Assembly: GCA_016715465.1 (NCBI GenBank)
Contig: JADKAA010000027.1
Location: 1,548-65,547, forward strand
Direction: 5' to 3'
Source of the DNA: Saprospiraceae bacterium
GTDB taxonomy: Bacteria > Bacteroidota > Bacteroidia > Chitinophagales > Saprospiraceae
Length of the DNA: 64,000 nt
The position numbers and the translations under genes are program-made. This document shows, in pieces, positions 63,466 to 64,000 of this stretch. How positions within the stretch are numbered: position 1 is the stretch's first letter; every line of letters starts with the position of its first letter. A model generated the notes under the pieces. It did not search any database, was not told the origin of the DNA, and was given only the letters and a program-made list of their open reading frames with translations.

Positions 63466-64000
63466 ATGTATTTCATCACAGAACAAGACCCTAACTATTC
63501 GATAAAAGGTTCCCGTGATTCATTGGGATTTCAGGTAGTTTACAGGCGGCTGGCAGAAAGCTTCCATGTACCACATCTTTCAACAGTATCAGGAAGTATT
63601 AAAGATTTTCAAATTTTGTGCTTATTTATGTTAAAAAGTGAATTAAAATTGAAGACAAACAGTTTGAACCTTTCTTTGCGTTTTGAACAGATGATGGCGT
63701 ACACCCGGTATAAAAGCTATCCAAAAGAAGGATTTAACGGAGTAGATAAAGTGAGAAAGTTGATGTCGGGTAACCCCGGCATCTGTGAGAATTTCATCAG
63801 CAATAGCTGACCAGCTATTATCAAATCATCAAAAAGCATACGGTATATGGTAAATACAACAGCCCATTTACAGAAATGGAGCTAATAGAAATGCTTCTGA
63901 ATATTCAAATGTCTTTTTTCCTAAAGTTTTGTGAAATAATGATGCATTTCTTCGCCAGGCCACTTTACTGAGTAAAAAAGAGATGCTCAACCTGCATATA
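63466..64000 (+). CDS. hypothetical protein, frame broken near 63800 and cut by the window end
   Basis: ORF 63466-63810 (MYFITEQDPNYSIKGSRDSLGFQVVYRRLAE...). A plausible continuation lies in another frame. Confidence 0.3.

Overview
This looks like a Bacteroidota-type chromosome segment. The clues are Bacteroidetes-style tyrosine integrases, a BT4734/DUF3987-type primase and TAnnTTTG promoter boxes.

Positions 1-9.1 kb are ordinary core genes: tcdA-like, an erythromycin-esterase/dienelactone-hydrolase/phosphoribosyltransferase trio, a CDP-alcohol phosphatidyltransferase, a three-gene biotin-dependent acyl-CoA carboxylase set and a lipoprotein.

From about 9.14 kb to the window end everything is accessory DNA, sitting behind two direct copies of a tRNA-Asn 3' segment:
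- A 3.7 kb integrase islet lies at 9.18-12.83 kb.
- A mosaic island of more than 51 kb starts with integrase, excisionase-like HTH and primase genes. It then carries a class-1 DISARM-like locus: an SNF2 helicase, a 1316-aa N6-adenine methyltransferase and a fused DEAD-helicase/DUF1998/nuclease.
- Two modules are nested inside that locus: an AAA-ATPase/RloB (AbiL-like) pair and a SatD-like/DUF3307 pair.
- Directly downstream is a catalytically dead prokaryotic Argonaute (34690-36741).
- A tightly packed co-directional gene string follows it. It holds an ABC importer with twin methyltransferases, then a soluble histidine kinase with five receiver or pseudo-receiver proteins, one carrying a HEPN-like Rx4H motif. 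I rate this as the best candidate for an undescribed (Detocs-like) system.
- Next comes a membrane module: a DUF4407 protein plus a divergent SEDS-transpeptidase fusion.
- A 44-codon ghost of a second pAgo 3' end (54939-55073) abuts a decayed giant SF1-helicase/PLD-nuclease gene.
- Last is a decayed DUF1257/DUF2997 + AAA+ ATPase module.

Many genes, including housekeeping ones, are split by single-base indels at homopolymers. Assembly error must therefore be excluded before calling pseudogenes. No rRNA, no intact tRNA and no CRISPR array were seen.
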